Position numbers and translations under genes: made by a program. A stretch of DNA of 64,000 bases from an uncultured Bacilli bacterium (lineage in GTDB: Bacteria; Bacillota_I; Bacilli_A; RF39; UBA660): assembly GCA_934096235.1 (NCBI GenBank), contig CAKOLO010000005.1, forward strand, positions 1,084 through 65,083, read 5' to 3'. The number at the start of each line of letters is the position of its first letter. The stretch's first letter is position 1. The notes below the pieces were generated by a model, which was not told the origin of the DNA, did not search any database, and saw nothing but the letters and a program-made list of their open reading frames with translations. Shown here piece by piece: positions 20,868-31,102 of this stretch.

Positions 20868-22893
20868 CATACTATATTATTTAATACTATTAATTTCTAT
20901 ATTATATATTTTTATCTATAGTAAGTTATATATCCCTCAAGAAATAAAAATAAAAGAAAATTATATTTTAAAAATAAATAACTATAATATAGATGGAAAT
21001 AAACTAACTATAGAATTTAATAATTTAAGAGGTACTTACTACTTTGAAACAGAAGAAGATTTAAGATATTTTAAAAGTAATTATAACTTAGGCGACATTA
21101 TAAAAGTAAAAGGAACTTTAGAAGTACCCAATAATAATACTATTCCAAATACATTTAATTATAAAAAATATTTATATCATAAAAAAATAAACTATATTTT
21201 GAAAATAGATAATTTTAGTAAATTAAAGGATAATAAGAATATACTATTAAAAATAAAAAACGATATATTAAAAAGAATAGAAAACACTAAGCATAATAAT
21301 TATCTCTATGCTTTTATATTAGGTAAATCATCATATATAGATAATGAAAGCTACAATAATTATAAGATAAACGGAGTAACTCATCTTTTTGCTTTGTCTG
21401 GTCTTCATGTATCATTATTTTCAGGTATTATCTTATTAATTTTAAATAAACTTAAGTTAAATGAAAAACTATCTTTTATTATAACAAGTATGTTCTTAAT
21501 CTTTTTTTCATTCATCGCATCATTTACACCATCTATTTTAAGAGCAACTATTTTCTTTATACTTTCAAGTCTTAATAAGATATATTATACTTTTATAAAA
21601 CCAAAAAACATTTTATTTTTAACATTTAGTATTTTAATTTTTAAAAATCCATTCTATATATTTGATACAGGATTTATATTATCATTTACTATTACTTATT
21701 TTATACTTTTATTAAATGAAAGTATTACTATAAAAGACAATATTAAATCCATATTAATTATAAGTTTATTATCATTTTTATCAAGTCTTCCAATTATAAT
21801 AAATTTATCTTACGAAATTAATATCATAGGTTTTATTAATAACATATTATTTATTCCATTAGTTACTAATATTATATTTCCATTTTCTATAATCGTAATT
21901 ATAATACCAAAACTATCTTTTATATTGTTTATACTTACAAATATAATGGAATTTATCTCAAAGTACAGTAGTAATCTTTTAAATATAACTATATATTTTC
22001 AAAGATTAAATTATTTTGAAATAATTATATATTATATTTTATTAATTGTTTCTATTAAGAAAAGTAAAAAAGTAATATTCATTTTATTTATTTTTATATT
22101 AATACTCTATATAAAACCAAGTTTTGATAAGGATACATATGTATATTTTATAGATGTTTCACAAGGAGATTCAGCACTAATAGTAACTAAAAATAATAAG
22201 AGTATTTTAGTAGACACAGGAGGTAAATTAAACTATAAAAATAATAACTGGAAACAAAAGAATAAAGAATTTAATTTAATGGCTTCATCAATAATACCAT
22301 TTTTTAAAAGTATAGGTCTAAAAAAGATAGATTACCTTTTAATTACACATGGTGATGCAGATCATGCTGGATATTCAATAGAACTATTAAATAATTATAA
22401 AGTTATGAATAAATATACAAACAAAGGAAGGAAAAACTCTTTAGAAAAGAAAATAAATATTAGCTCTTTAGAATCTAAATATTTAAAAATAGATGATATA
22501 GAAATTTATTCTCTAAATGATTCAATATATAATAATGAAAATAAAGATAGTTTAGTTTTATTATTCAAAATATACAACTATAAATTTCTGTTTATGGCGG
22601 ATGCCGACAAAGAAGTAGAAAAAAATATAATAAAAAAATATAATCTAAAGAATATAGATGTTCTAAAAGTAGGGCATCATGGATCTAAAACTAGTACTGA
22701 TGAATCATTTATAAATGAAATAACACCTAAATATTCAATTATTTCAGTAGGAAAAAATAATAAATTTGGACATCCCAATATAGAAACACTTAACACTTTA
22801 AAAAAATCTAAAATATTAAGAACAGATGAACTTGGTACAATAAAAATAACACTAAATAAAAATAAATCATTAATAGAAACATTCACTCCATAA
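20824..22893 (+). CDS. comEC: Competence channel protein ComEC/Rec2
   Basis: Polytopic competence domain (GVTHLFALSGLHV) and C-terminal metallo-beta-lactamase domain (DVSQGDSALI, THGDADHAG, VGHHGS). The called start overlaps comEA by 44 nt, so the true start may lie downstream. Confidence 0.85.
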   Translation: MKHFSLNLRKILLSNILYYLILLISILYIFIYSKLYIPQEIKIKENYILKINNYNIDGNKLTIEFNNLRGTYYFETEEDLRYFKSNYNLGDIIKVKGTLEVPNNNTIPNTFNYKKYLYHKKINYILKIDNFSKLKDNKNILLKIKNDILKRIENTKHNNYLYAFILGKSSYIDNESYNNYKINGVTHLFALSGLHVSLFSGIILLILNKLKLNEKLSFIITSMFLIFFSFIASFTPSILRATIFFILSSLNKIYYTFIKPKNILFLTFSILIFKNPFYIFDTGFILSFTITYFILLLNESITIKDNIKSILIISLLSFLSSLPIIINLSYEINIIGFINNILFIPLVTNIIFPFSIIVIIIPKLSFILFILTNIMEFISKYSSNLLNITIYFQRLNYFEIIIYYILLIVSIKKSKKVIFILFIFILILYIKPSFDKDTYVYFIDVSQGDSALIVTKNNKSILVDTGGKLNYKNNNWKQKNKEFNLMASSIIPFFKSIGLKKIDYLLITHGDADHAGYSIELLNNYKVMNKYTNKGRKNSLEKKINISSLESKYLKIDDIEIYSLNDSIYNNENKDSLVLLFKIYNYKFLFMADADKEVEKNIIKKYNLKNIDVLKVGHHGSKTSTDESFINEITPKYSIISVGKNNKFGHPNIETLNTLKKSKILRTDELGTIKITLNKNKSLIETFTP

Positions 22894-23240
22894 AAAGACT
22901 TTATATTAGTAGAATTATTCTTCATCAATAAATTGAAAATATATTCATACATAGTTTAATTAATTATTTAAAATATCAAAATAATCATAATATATAGTAG
23001 ATATATAAATATATATCAAAAATTTTAACCACTCCTTAGTACTATTAAATTAATATGATAAATAAAATCCTTCTATAAACTTTTAAGAAAACATGCAACT
23101 TATTACATATAATCCATAAAATATAATGAAGCCACCAGTGGTGTTTATATAGATTAGGAACTACCTTCGTAGTTCCTTTAGTTTGCACTAACTAGACACA
23201 ATTACTTCTTATTTTAGTAAAAATGTAATATAATGAACTT

Positions 23241-24134
23241 ATGGATAAAGAAGAATTTCTTAAAATTAATGTTATAAATGATTTTATAAGTTATATTAGT
23301 AAAAAGAATTATTCTATAAATACATATACTTCTTATATTAATGACTTATATTATTTTTACATCTTTATAAAAAAAGATTTAACTAAAGTAACATTCGAAG
23401 ATGTCAAAGACTACTTAGAACATTTAAATTTAAAAAAAGAAAAAGCATCATCTATAAGAAGAAAAATAAGTTCTTTAAAATCATTTTATAAGTTTTCATA
23501 TAAAAATGGATATATAGATAAAAAAGACTATCCACTTACTAAAATAGCTTATCCTAAAATGGAAAAGAAACTTCCAAAGTTTCTTTATTATAATGATTTA
23601 CTTGAAATAATAAATGAATCTACAAAAGATAAAGATGGTGTAAGAGATAGATTAATCATTGAAATGCTTTATGCTACAGGTGTTAGAGTCAGTGAACTTA
23701 TAAATATTAAAATAAATGATATAGATTTTAATAATAGAAGAATTATTGTTTTAGGAAAAGGCAATAAAGAGAGAATAGTTTATTATGGTGAGTATGCAGA
23801 AGAAGTGCTAAAAGAATACATTAAAACGCATGATAGAAAGAATCATAATTATTTATTTGTAAATTCTAAAGGTGGAAAACTTACTGATAGAGGAGTAAGA
23901 TATATAATAGATAACATTATGTCAAGATTATCAGTGAAAGTACATGTGACACCTCACGTATTAAGACACACATTTGCAACTGATATGCTGAATAATGGAT
24001 GTGATATAAAAGTAGTTCAAGAATTACTTGGACATAGTTCACTAAAAGCAACAGAGATTTATACACATGTAACAAATGAACACTTAAAAAAAGTATATTA
24101 TGAATGTTTTCCAAGGAGGGATAGAGATGAGTAA
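23241..24134 (+). CDS. Tyrosine recombinase, XerC/XerD family
   Basis: N-terminal SAM-like domain and catalytic residues in ATGVRVSEL, HVLRHTFAT and LGHSSLKATEIYTHV. Confidence 0.8.
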   Translation: MDKEEFLKINVINDFISYISKKNYSINTYTSYINDLYYFYIFIKKDLTKVTFEDVKDYLEHLNLKKEKASSIRRKISSLKSFYKFSYKNGYIDKKDYPLTKIAYPKMEKKLPKFLYYNDLLEIINESTKDKDGVRDRLIIEMLYATGVRVSELINIKINDIDFNNRRIIVLGKGNKERIVYYGEYAEEVLKEYIKTHDRKNHNYLFVNSKGGKLTDRGVRYIIDNIMSRLSVKVHVTPHVLRHTFATDMLNNGCDIKVVQELLGHSSLKATEIYTHVTNEHLKKVYYECFPRRDRDE

Positions 24135-24720
24135 ATTATATTTTAGATATGGAGCTATGAATAGTGGTAAAACAACACTATTATTACAAGTAGCGCATAA
24201 CTATGAAGAAAGAGGAATGAAAGTAGTAATATTAAAACCAGGAATTGATACTAAAGGAAATGATAAAATAGTAACAAGAATAGGTCTTAAAAGAAAAGTG
24301 GATCATATCGTACAAAGTGATGAAAAACTAATTAATTACTTATGTACTCTACCACTTGATATCGTTTGCGTATTAGTAGATGAAGCACAATTCTTAACAC
24401 GTGATCAAGTAGACGACTTATTCATGTTTACTAAACTTAAAAATATACCAGTAATTTGCTATGGCCTTAGAAGCGACTTTAAAACTATGGCATTCCCAGG
24501 AAGCCTTAGATTATTTGAAGTATCAGATGTTATGGAAGAATTAATAACAATATGTAGATGTGGTAAAAGAGCTAAATTTAATGGAAGAATAGTTAATGGA
24601 AAATTCACTTCAAACGGAGAACAAGTTGCAATAGATGGAGAAAATCAAGTAGAATACGAATCACTTTGTGGAAAATGCTATCTTGAAAAGGTACTTGGAA
24701 TAACATCATTAGATGAATAA
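24127..24720 (+). CDS. tdk: Thymidine kinase
   Basis: MSKLYFRYGAMNSGKTT P-loop, VDEAQF and a C-terminal zinc ribbon (CRCGKRA...CGKC). I set the start at ATG 24127, preceded by GGAGGG. Confidence 0.9.
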   Translation: MSKLYFRYGAMNSGKTTLLLQVAHNYEERGMKVVILKPGIDTKGNDKIVTRIGLKRKVDHIVQSDEKLINYLCTLPLDIVCVLVDEAQFLTRDQVDDLFMFTKLKNIPVICYGLRSDFKTMAFPGSLRLFEVSDVMEELITICRCGKRAKFNGRIVNGKFTSNGEQVAIDGENQVEYESLCGKCYLEKVLGITSLDE

Positions 24721-24723
24721 ATT

Positions 24724-24750
24724 AAATCACTAATTATTAGTGATTTTTTT
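24724..24750 (+). terminator. Rho-independent terminator after tdk
   Basis: AAATCACTAAT / ATTAGTGATTT stem followed by a T-run. Confidence 0.8.
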
Positions 24751-24791
24751 GTAAAATTTTCTTTAAATATCTTCTCTCAAAAATAATGCTA

Positions 24792-24830
24792 TGATATAAT
24801 AAATTAGTCGGTAACATATGTTGCATATGT
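24792..24830 (+). promoter_or_regulatory. Extended -10 promoter (TGATATAAT) and 7-3-7 palindrome in the ppdK leader
   Basis: TG-n-TATAAT at 24792-24800. A perfect inverted repeat ACATATG-TTG-CATATGT lies at 24814-24830, between the -10 element and the RBS. Confidence 0.4.
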
Positions 24831-24858
24831 CTTAAATGACAGGAGGGAGAGAATAAAT

Positions 24859-27477
24859 ATGAAGTATGTTTACATGTTTAGTGAAGGAAACAAAGACATG
24901 AAAAATCTACTTGGTGGTAAAGGCGCTAACTTAGCAGAAATGACTAGTATCGGTTTACCAGTTCCAAGAGGATTTACTGTTACTACTGAGGCTTGTACTG
25001 CTTACTACGATGCAGGAAAAAAGATCAGTAAAGAAATCATAGACGAAATCTATGAAAAACTAGAAGAGTTAGAAAAACTAACTGAAAAGAAAATGGGAGA
25101 CCTTAAAAATCCATTACTAGTATCAGTTCGTAGTGGTGCTAGAGCTAGTATGCCTGGTATGATGGATACAGTACTTAACTTAGGTCTAAATGATGAAGTA
25201 TGTAAGTCATTCGCAGAAACTACAAATAATAAGAGATTTGTTTATGACTCATATAGAAGATTTATAATGATGTTCGCAGATGTTGTTAAAGGATATAGTA
25301 AAAACTCATTTGAAAGAATATTAGATAAAATCAAAGAAGAAAAAGGTGCAGAATACGATACAGATCTTAATGAAGATGATATGTACGAAATCGCAATGAA
25401 ATTCAAAGATGTTTATAAAGAACTTTCAGGAGTAGAATTTCCACAAGATCCAAAAGAACAATTAATAGAAGCAGTTACAGCTGTATTTAGAAGTTGGAAT
25501 AATGAAAGAGCTATTTACTATAGACGTATGAATGATATTCCATCTAGTTGGGGAACTGCAGTTAACGTTCAAGAAATGGTATATGGAAATAAAGGAGAAG
25601 ACTGTGGAACAGGTGTTGCATTTACAAGAAACCCTGCTACAGGTGAAAAGAAACTTTATGGTGAATACCTAATGAATGCTCAAGGAGAAGATGTTGTTGC
25701 TGGTGTACGTACTCCAAAAACAATTGATACTCTAGCTGAAACAATGCCAGAAGCATACAATGAATTTGTTAAAACTTGTGAAATCTTAGAAAGTCATTAT
25801 AAAGATATGCAAGATATGGAATTTACTATTGAAAATGGAAAGCTATTCATGCTTCAAACTAGAAATGGTAAAAGAACTGCTGCTGCTGCATTAAAAATCG
25901 CAGTAGATTTATATAACGAAGGAATGCTTACTAAAGAAGAAGCATTACTAAAAGTTGAACCTAAACAATTAGATCAACTATTACACCCAAATTTTGATAC
26001 TGACGCATTAAAGAAAGCAACTCCAATTGCTACAGGTTTAGCTGCTAGTCCAGGTGCTGGATGTGGTAAAATTTACTTTACTGCAGAAGAAGTGACTGAA
26101 GCTGCTAAAAGAGGAGAAGATACAATTCTTGTTAGACTTGAAACTTCACCAGAAGATATTGAAGGTATGAACCTTGCTAAAGGCGTACTTACTATTCGTG
26201 GTGGTATGACAAGTCATGCAGCAGTTGTTGCTCGTGGTATGGGTAGATGCTGTGTATCTGGATGTGGTGAACTAACGATAAGTGAGGAAAATAAAACATT
26301 AACTACTAAAGATGGAAAAGTATTCAAAGAAGGAGATTACATTTCAGTTGATGGAAGTACTGGTAAAGTATATGGTGAAAAAATTAAAACTGTTGAACCA
26401 GAAATTAGTGGTAACTTCGAAACATTTATGGGTTGGGCAGATGAAACTTGTAAATTACAAGTTAGAACAAATGCTGATACTCCAAGAGATGCTAAACAAG
26501 CATTAAAATTTGGTGCTGAAGGAATTGGACTTTGCAGAACAGAACATATGTTCTTTGAAGAAGAAAGAATCTTTGCTATTCGTCAAATGATCGTATCTGA
26601 TACAGTAGAACAAAGAGAAAAAGCATTAGCTAAATTATTACCAATGCAAAGAGGAGACTTCGAAGAATTATATAAAGAAATGAAAGGTTACCCAGTAACA
26701 ATTAGATTCTTAGATCCACCTCTACATGAATTCGTTCCACATACTGATGAAGAAATCAAACCACTTGCTAAAGAACTTGGAATGACATTCGAAGCATTAA
26801 AAGACAAAATTGCAACATTACATGAATTTAACCCAATGATGGGACACCGTGGTTGTAGACTTGCTGTTACATATCCTGAAATTGCTAAAATGCAAACTAG
26901 AGCTGTAATAGAAGCTGCTATCAACGTAGATAAATCAGGTATTAAAGTAGTTCCTGAAATTATGATCCCACTAGTTGGAGAAAAGAAAGAACTTGCTTAT
27001 GTTAAAAGTATCGTAGTAGAAACAATTAACAAAGTATTCGAAGAACAAAATTACAAATTAGATTATAAGATTGGTACTATGATTGAAATACCAAGAGCTG
27101 CATTAACTGCTGATGAAATCGCAGAAGAAGCTGAATTCTTCTCATTTGGTACAAACGATTTAACACAAATGACTTTTGGATTTAGTCGTGATGATGCTGG
27201 TAAATTCTTAGGCGACTATTATAGTAAACAAATTCTTGAAAGCGACCCATTCGCAAGAATTGATGAAAAAGGTGTAGGACAATTAGTTAAGATGGCTGCT
27301 GAAAAAGGTAGAAAAACTAGAAAAGATATTCACCTTGGAATTTGTGGAGAACATGGTGGAGACCCTGCTACAATTGACTTCTGTCATAGAGTAGGACTAG
27401 ACTATGTATCTTGTAGTCCATATAGAGTACCAATTGCTAGATTAGCTGCTGCACAAGCTGCAATCAACAATAAATAG
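24859..27477 (+). CDS. ppdK: Pyruvate, phosphate dikinase
   Basis: 872 aa. Phosphohistidine motif GGMTSHAAVVARGMG and PEP-utilising C-terminal domain (GLCRTEHMFF, SFGTNDLTQ). Confidence 0.95.
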   Translation: MKYVYMFSEGNKDMKNLLGGKGANLAEMTSIGLPVPRGFTVTTEACTAYYDAGKKISKEIIDEIYEKLEELEKLTEKKMGDLKNPLLVSVRSGARASMPGMMDTVLNLGLNDEVCKSFAETTNNKRFVYDSYRRFIMMFADVVKGYSKNSFERILDKIKEEKGAEYDTDLNEDDMYEIAMKFKDVYKELSGVEFPQDPKEQLIEAVTAVFRSWNNERAIYYRRMNDIPSSWGTAVNVQEMVYGNKGEDCGTGVAFTRNPATGEKKLYGEYLMNAQGEDVVAGVRTPKTIDTLAETMPEAYNEFVKTCEILESHYKDMQDMEFTIENGKLFMLQTRNGKRTAAAALKIAVDLYNEGMLTKEEALLKVEPKQLDQLLHPNFDTDALKKATPIATGLAASPGAGCGKIYFTAEEVTEAAKRGEDTILVRLETSPEDIEGMNLAKGVLTIRGGMTSHAAVVARGMGRCCVSGCGELTISEENKTLTTKDGKVFKEGDYISVDGSTGKVYGEKIKTVEPEISGNFETFMGWADETCKLQVRTNADTPRDAKQALKFGAEGIGLCRTEHMFFEEERIFAIRQMIVSDTVEQREKALAKLLPMQRGDFEELYKEMKGYPVTIRFLDPPLHEFVPHTDEEIKPLAKELGMTFEALKDKIATLHEFNPMMGHRGCRLAVTYPEIAKMQTRAVIEAAINVDKSGIKVVPEIMIPLVGEKKELAYVKSIVVETINKVFEEQNYKLDYKIGTMIEIPRAALTADEIAEEAEFFSFGTNDLTQMTFGFSRDDAGKFLGDYYSKQILESDPFARIDEKGVGQLVKMAAEKGRKTRKDIHLGICGEHGGDPATIDFCHRVGLDYVSCSPYRVPIARLAAAQAAINNK

Positions 27478-27550
27478 TTTGCCTGATATTTAAAAAACAA
27501 TTAGGACGATAACGTATATTTTAGAGGCAAAATAAAATATACATGATGCG

Positions 27551-27582
27551 GAGAAACTTATAAAAGTAAGTTTCTCTTTTTT
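27551..27582 (+). terminator. Rho-independent terminator after ppdK
   Basis: GAGAAACTTA / TAAGTTTCTC stem followed by a T-run. Confidence 0.8.
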
Positions 27583-27601
27583 ATTTAAAAAGGAGAATTA
27601 C

Positions 27602-28450
27602 ATGAATGAAATAATAAAAGAAAATAAAAATATAGAAGATATGATTTATGAAGTAAGGGGAGTACAAGTAATGCTTGATTCAGATTTAGCTAAATTATAT
27701 CAATGCACTAATGGAACAAAGGATATAAATAAGGCTGTGAAAAGAAATATAAATAAATTTCCTGAAGACTTTTACTTTCAACTAACAAATATAGAAAAAG
27801 AAAATTTGTGGTTCCAATCTGGAACCACAAACAATAAGTCAAGAACTAATCCTTATGTTTTTACAGAACAAGGAGTAGCGATGTTGTCATCTATTCTTCA
27901 TACTGAGGTTGCAATAAAAACAAGTGTTAAAATAATGAGAAGTTTCATTAAAATGAGAAAATACTTTGTAAATAATATTCCAAACAATGAAATAATATTA
28001 AATCATGAAAAAAGAATAATAGAACTAGAAAACGTATTTGATAAATTTAAACATCATGAAGAGGTAAGTAAAATATTTTTTGAAGGAGAACTTTATGATG
28101 CATATTCATTACTGTTAGATATATTAAATAGTTCAAAAGAAGAAATTATAATAATAGATAATTATATTGGAAAAGAATTACTAGATATATTAAAAGAAAT
28201 TAATAAGAAGATTATAATTATATCTAAAAATATAGATAAAACATTAAAAGATAAATATGAAAGTCAGTATGACAATATAACTTTTATATATAACACATCA
28301 TTTCATGATAGATTTATAATACTAGATAAGAATAAATTATATGCATGTGGTGCATCATTTAAAGATTTAGGAAAGAAGTGTTTTGCAATAACTAAATTCA
28401 ATGATAAAGACTACTTAAATAAAATATTAAGTATTATAGAATTAAAATAG
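27602..28450 (+). CDS. ORF6N-domain DNA-binding protein with a C-terminal HDRF...GASFKDLGKK domain
   Basis: The N-terminus VRGVQVMLDSDLAKLYQCTNGTKDINKAVKRNINKFPEDFYFQLT is the ORF6N (KilA-N-related) signature. The C-terminal motif FHDRFIILD...GASFKDLGKK looks PLD-like but is unassigned. Confidence 0.65.
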   Translation: MNEIIKENKNIEDMIYEVRGVQVMLDSDLAKLYQCTNGTKDINKAVKRNINKFPEDFYFQLTNIEKENLWFQSGTTNNKSRTNPYVFTEQGVAMLSSILHTEVAIKTSVKIMRSFIKMRKYFVNNIPNNEIILNHEKRIIELENVFDKFKHHEEVSKIFFEGELYDAYSLLLDILNSSKEEIIIIDNYIGKELLDILKEINKKIIIISKNIDKTLKDKYESQYDNITFIYNTSFHDRFIILDKNKLYACGASFKDLGKKCFAITKFNDKDYLNKILSIIELK

Positions 28451-28660
28451 TAAAAAAGTATATTAAAACTTTAACATAATTTATAAGATCACAATTTGTG
28501 ATCTTAAAGATAAATAAAATTATATTATTTTAAATAAGATTTAAAAAAGTTATAAATATATTTTTATAGTATAATAGTAATATAGTTAAAATTGACTTTT
28601 ATGATATAATAAAATATATTAAATTGTGGTATAAAAATAATTTAATAAAGGGATGCATGT

Positions 28661-29116
28661 ATGATCATAATCGGAACAGAAAAAGAAATAAATGAAAAGA
28701 TAAAATCTTTATCTAACGAAAAACTTTTAAAGAATGAATATGGAAAACCATATTATGAAAATACTAATATTAAATTTAATAAAAGTAATACTTTAAATTT
28801 ATCAGTATTAATTATAGATAATAAAGAATGTGGTATAGATATAGAAAGAATAAGAAAATATGATGAAGTAATGGCTAAAAGAATACTTTCTAAGGAAGAA
28901 TATGACTTTGTTAATAGAAATAATAAAGATTTTACTTTTACTCTAATATGGACCTTAAAAGAGTCTTATTTAAAATGTATAGGCACAGGACTAAATCTAA
29001 ACCTAAAAGATATTTCATTTGTTAAAGATAATAAAATATTAAAAACAAAAAATAATTATAATCTAAATTACTTCATATACGAAGATAAATATATAATAAG
29101 TTACTGTACAAAGTAA
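28661..29116 (+). CDS. 4'-phosphopantetheinyl transferase, Sfp-type, short (N-terminal half missing)
   Basis: EYGKPYY, FNKSNT, GIDIERI and WTLKESYLKCIGTGL motifs. At 151 aa it is shorter than a full Sfp-type enzyme. Confidence 0.6.
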   Translation: MIIIGTEKEINEKIKSLSNEKLLKNEYGKPYYENTNIKFNKSNTLNLSVLIIDNKECGIDIERIRKYDEVMAKRILSKEEYDFVNRNNKDFTFTLIWTLKESYLKCIGTGLNLNLKDISFVKDNKILKTKNNYNLNYFIYEDKYIISYCTK

Positions 29117-29180
29117 CTTATTTTAGACTCTAATAATATTCATAAACTTCTATAAGTAATAAAATACTATAGGTGATAAT

Positions 29181-29501
29181 ATGAATATAGAATTAATAAA
29201 AGCACTACTATTAGTAGCAGTATCATCAAGCATAATTAGTACATCATTTGTTCAAAAAATAAAAACTGTATCATTAATAAAATGTAGTGATTGCCTGATA
29301 TATATATCATTCTTAATATCTATGAGTTTTGGAATGCTTTTTACTTTGTCATTTACAGAATACACACTAGTAGAATCTCTTTGGGTAGGCTTATTTAGTT
29401 TCATTGGAGCAGACTCACTTTATAAAGCATTTGAAGATAAACTATTTAAATCATTTAATAAAATAAACGAAGTAAAAGAAATAGAAAGAAAAGACTTATG
29501 A
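29181..29501 (+). CDS. Small three-TM membrane protein, holin-like
   Basis: 106 aa with three hydrophobic segments and a charged C-terminal tail (KINEVKEIERKDL). Its stop overlaps the start of the signal-less M23 peptidase gene (ATGA). Confidence 0.4.
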   Translation: MNIELIKALLLVAVSSSIISTSFVQKIKTVSLIKCSDCLIYISFLISMSFGMLFTLSFTEYTLVESLWVGLFSFIGADSLYKAFEDKLFKSFNKINEVKEIERKDL

Positions 29502-30085
29502 TAAAACTATATTTTCCTTGTAAGTATGTAAGTTTCACAAGAGGGTATTCAAGTAGTCATAAAGGAATAGATATGGCATGGAACTCTAAATACGGAGGAC
29601 CTAATCATAATATTTTAGCTCCAGCAGACGGAACAGTAATAAAAGTGTTAAAGAACTATAATAAGACTGATAAAACTAGTAAAACTTATGGTAATTATGT
29701 GATTATAGACCATGGCAATAATATCGAAACAGTTGTTGCACATCTAAAATATAACACTATTAGAGTCAAAAAAGGTGATAAAGTGCATAAAGGTGATGTA
29801 CTAGGCGTAATGGGAAACACTGGATACTCAAAAGGTACACACTGTCACTATGAAGTGAAAATCAACAATGAAAAAGTAGATCCACTAAAATATACATACT
29901 TAGAAAGTAATAATATTCTAAATGAAGCTACATCTAAAGAATATAAAATATTAAAAGATGAAGTAAAAACTGAACCAAAGGAACAACCAAAAGAAGAATT
30001 AAAAGTAAAATTTGAATATACTTGTCCTAAAACAGGTATTTATAAAATAAAACTCATAGAAAATGAAAAGATTCTAATTATTTAG
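29498..30085 (+). CDS. M23 (LytM/lysostaphin-type) metallopeptidase without a signal peptide
   Basis: HKGIDMAW (HxxxD), PADGTV and GNTGYSKGTHCHYEV (HxH) are intact. There is no N-terminal hydrophobic segment. Confidence 0.8.
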   Translation: MIKLYFPCKYVSFTRGYSSSHKGIDMAWNSKYGGPNHNILAPADGTVIKVLKNYNKTDKTSKTYGNYVIIDHGNNIETVVAHLKYNTIRVKKGDKVHKGDVLGVMGNTGYSKGTHCHYEVKINNEKVDPLKYTYLESNNILNEATSKEYKILKDEVKTEPKEQPKEELKVKFEYTCPKTGIYKIKLIENEKILII

Positions 30086-31012
30086 AATCTTTTCTGTATT
30101 CTTAAAATTAAGTTTAGCAATCTTTTCTAGTTCAAGTTTTCCATATTTAGAAACAATCTTTTTACCAAGTTCATCTACTTTATCACTAGCACCTTTTAAT
30201 ATAGTAACACCATATTTTTCTGATAACTTATCCATTTCTACTAAGAATAAATATCTACTTATAACACTAGCAGCAGCTACACTTAAATGTTTACTTTCAC
30301 CCTTGGTTAAGAATGTTATTTTAGTAACTTTATCAGTAATATTTTCTTGCTTTAGATAACTAAAATAACTTCTAGGAGTAGTGAATTGATCAACAATAAT
30401 TTTATGATATGGTATTCCTTTATTAGAAAGTTCATATAAAACTCTATTATGTAATATTGCTTTAATCTTATTCATGTTAAAACCCTTATTAGCTAGTTCA
30501 TTATATTTAATATTTGATAATGTAAATGTAACATAAGGTATTTTATCCATAAGAATAGGAGCACATCTACGTATCTTTTCATCAGTCATCTTTTTAGAAT
30601 CCATTATTTTTAAATCTTCAAGTAACTTTCTAGTTGATTTATCGACTAACGTAGCTGTCACAATAATAGGTCCAAAATAGTCACCAGTACCAACTTCATC
30701 ACTACCAATTGCATCATAATAGTAGTATGTTTTATCATTCTCTTTATCATCTTTAGTCTTAATTTCACTATCAATATCTCTTTGATTAAAATGTCTTTCT
30801 AAATCTTTCCACATATTAGCATCAATATCAGCACTAATACCTTGAAACATAACTTTACCGCTTTCATATAAAGTTATTATAGTTCCACCTTCCTCAGCTT
30901 GAAATACAGAATATGGTGGTTTCTTATCTCTTTGTAGTAATTCATAATAATCAATCATTTTTTCTTTGATATTATCACTTACTTTAAATACAATAGTTTT
31001 TTGTTCTGCCAT
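30074..31012 (-). CDS. rnhC: Ribonuclease HIII
   Basis: N-terminal TBP-like domain and RNase HII/HIII core SDEVGTGDYFGP. Length 312 aa. Confidence 0.85.
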   Translation of the reverse strand: MAEQKTIVFKVSDNIKEKMIDYYELLQRDKKPPYSVFQAEEGGTIITLYESGKVMFQGISADIDANMWKDLERHFNQRDIDSEIKTKDDKENDKTYYYYDAIGSDEVGTGDYFGPIIVTATLVDKSTRKLLEDLKIMDSKKMTDEKIRRCAPILMDKIPYVTFTLSNIKYNELANKGFNMNKIKAILHNRVLYELSNKGIPYHKIIVDQFTTPRSYFSYLKQENITDKVTKITFLTKGESKHLSVAAASVISRYLFLVEMDKLSEKYGVTILKGASDKVDELGKKIVSKYGKLELEKIAKLNFKNTEKILNN

Positions 31013-31102
31013 ATAATCACATCCAAGAATATTTTAACATATTTTAATAATTCTTGAAATCTTAAAATAAAAAATATATAATAAAAAACCAAGAGGTGTA
31101 CT

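Noticed and set aside
22975-23040. Minus-strand AAGGAG followed by a TTG-initiated ~19-codon ORF
   Set aside because: Non-ATG start, tiny size and an Ile/Tyr-only composition. There is no supporting evidence.
26312-26924. ORFs 26312-26506 (+) and 26688-26924 (-)
   Set aside because: They are alternative-frame or antisense ORFs inside ppdK.
28661-29116. PPTase as a marker of an NRPS/PKS or other carrier-protein cluster
   Set aside because: No carrier protein, synthetase or synthase gene is adjacent. The enzyme also appears truncated, so no secondary-metabolite cluster can be claimed.
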